Of a DNA stretch of 5,867 bases, positions 5,703-5,867 are shown one piece after another. The notes under the pieces were generated by a model. The model did no database searches. It saw only the letters and a program-made list of their open reading frames with translations, and was not told where the DNA came from. Position numbers and translations under genes: made by a program. The DNA is from an uncultured Gammaproteobacteria bacterium (lineage in GTDB: Bacteria > Patescibacteriota > Patescibacteriia > UBA2591 > UBA6264). The first letter of the stretch is position 1; each line of letters begins with the position of its first letter. The stretch lies in NCBI GenBank assembly GCA_964617525.1, contig CAZTWG010000021.1, positions 2,565 to 8,431 of the forward strand, in the 5' to 3' direction.

Positions 5703-5779
5703 TGGAGCCTGGAGTCGGATTCGAACCGACGACCTATAGTTTACAAAACTATTGCTCTGGCCAACTGAGCTATCCAGGC
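5703..5779 (-). tRNA. thrT: tRNA-Thr (anticodon UGU) with an encoded 3' CCA
   Basis: The reverse complement folds as a cloverleaf: GCCTGGA-TA-GCTC-AGTTGGCCA-GAGC-A-ATAGT-TTTGTAA-ACTAT-AGGTC-GTCGG-TTCGAAT-CCGAC-TCCAGGC-T-CCA. All stems are perfect Watson-Crick, the anticodon is TGT and the T-loop is TTCGAAT. The length is 77 nt including CCA. Confidence 0.9.
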
Positions 5780-5803
5780 ACTATCTTTCTAAAGCCAGAG
5801 AAT

Positions 5804-5833
5804 ACTATACAGTGAATAAAAAGATTCTGTGAA
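5804..5833 (-). promoter_or_regulatory. Candidate sigma70-type promoter for the tRNA-Thr / rpmG / tRNA-Trp transcription unit
   Basis: On the minus strand there is TTCACA (5833-5828), an 18-nt spacer, then TATAGT (5809-5804). The -10 box ends 24 nt upstream of tRNA-Thr position 1, which would leave a leader of about 17 nt for RNase P to remove. This rests on the sequence motif only, and the 18-nt spacer is slightly long. Confidence 0.3.
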
Positions 5834-5867
5834 CACAGTGAGCAGGTTCTTATTCCAAGGTTCTGCG

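Noticed and set aside
5842-5867. A possible 3' end of an upstream minus-strand gene. One frame reads ...RRTLE followed by TAA at 5852-5850. EF-Tu often precedes this tRNA/rpmG cluster in other bacteria.
   Set aside because: Only five codons are visible, the residues do not match the usual EF-Tu C-terminus, and the other frames are equally uninformative. This is too little sequence to call a feature.
1-5867. Alternative genetic code (UGA recoding, as in some reduced-genome lineages), CRISPR arrays, IS elements or transposase fragments
   Set aside because: All conserved genes translate full-length with the expected termini under the standard bacterial code. I saw no spaced direct-repeat array, terminal inverted repeats or transposase-like ORF on either strand.

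Overview
This is an AT-rich, tightly packed bacterial window, and every gene I can support lies on the minus strand. In the direction of transcription (right to left) it contains:
- a candidate promoter
- tRNA-Thr(UGU), 5703-5779
- rpmG (ribosomal protein L33), 5524-5679. It has 51 codons, too short for the supplied ORF track, and I found it by hand translation.
- tRNA-Trp(CCA), 5438-5508
- dnaJ, 4323-5417
- an uncharacterised membrane-anchored protein of about 460 aa, 2924-4306 (the ORF extends to a TTG at 4312)
- an unusually long non-coding gap of 193-247 nt. Its 2806-2923 segment folds on paper into a three-way junction with no unpaired linker bases, followed by a long hairpin.
- rsmI, 2008-2676 (the ORF extends to a TTG at 2730)
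- metG, 492-1997
- a GC-rich hairpin and a TTGACA box
- the first 132 codons of a CvpA-family membrane protein, 1-396. It runs off the left edge, so it is also missing from the ORF track.

The other four ORFs in the track (134-409 +, 2564-2803 +, 4616-4798 -, 4635-4838 +) are antisense or nested artefacts. I see no mobile element, CRISPR array, toxin or recognisable defence gene, and the standard genetic code gives full-length proteins.

The low G+C (judged by eye, not computed), 10-25 nt gene spacing, absence of Shine-Dalgarno motifs and a minimal MetRS suggest a reduced-genome lineage. A CPR/Patescibacteria-like origin is my guess only.

I do not see a convincing multi-gene novel system. The two things most worth follow-up are the uncharacterised protein wedged between dnaJ and rsmI, and the densely structured non-coding element next to it.
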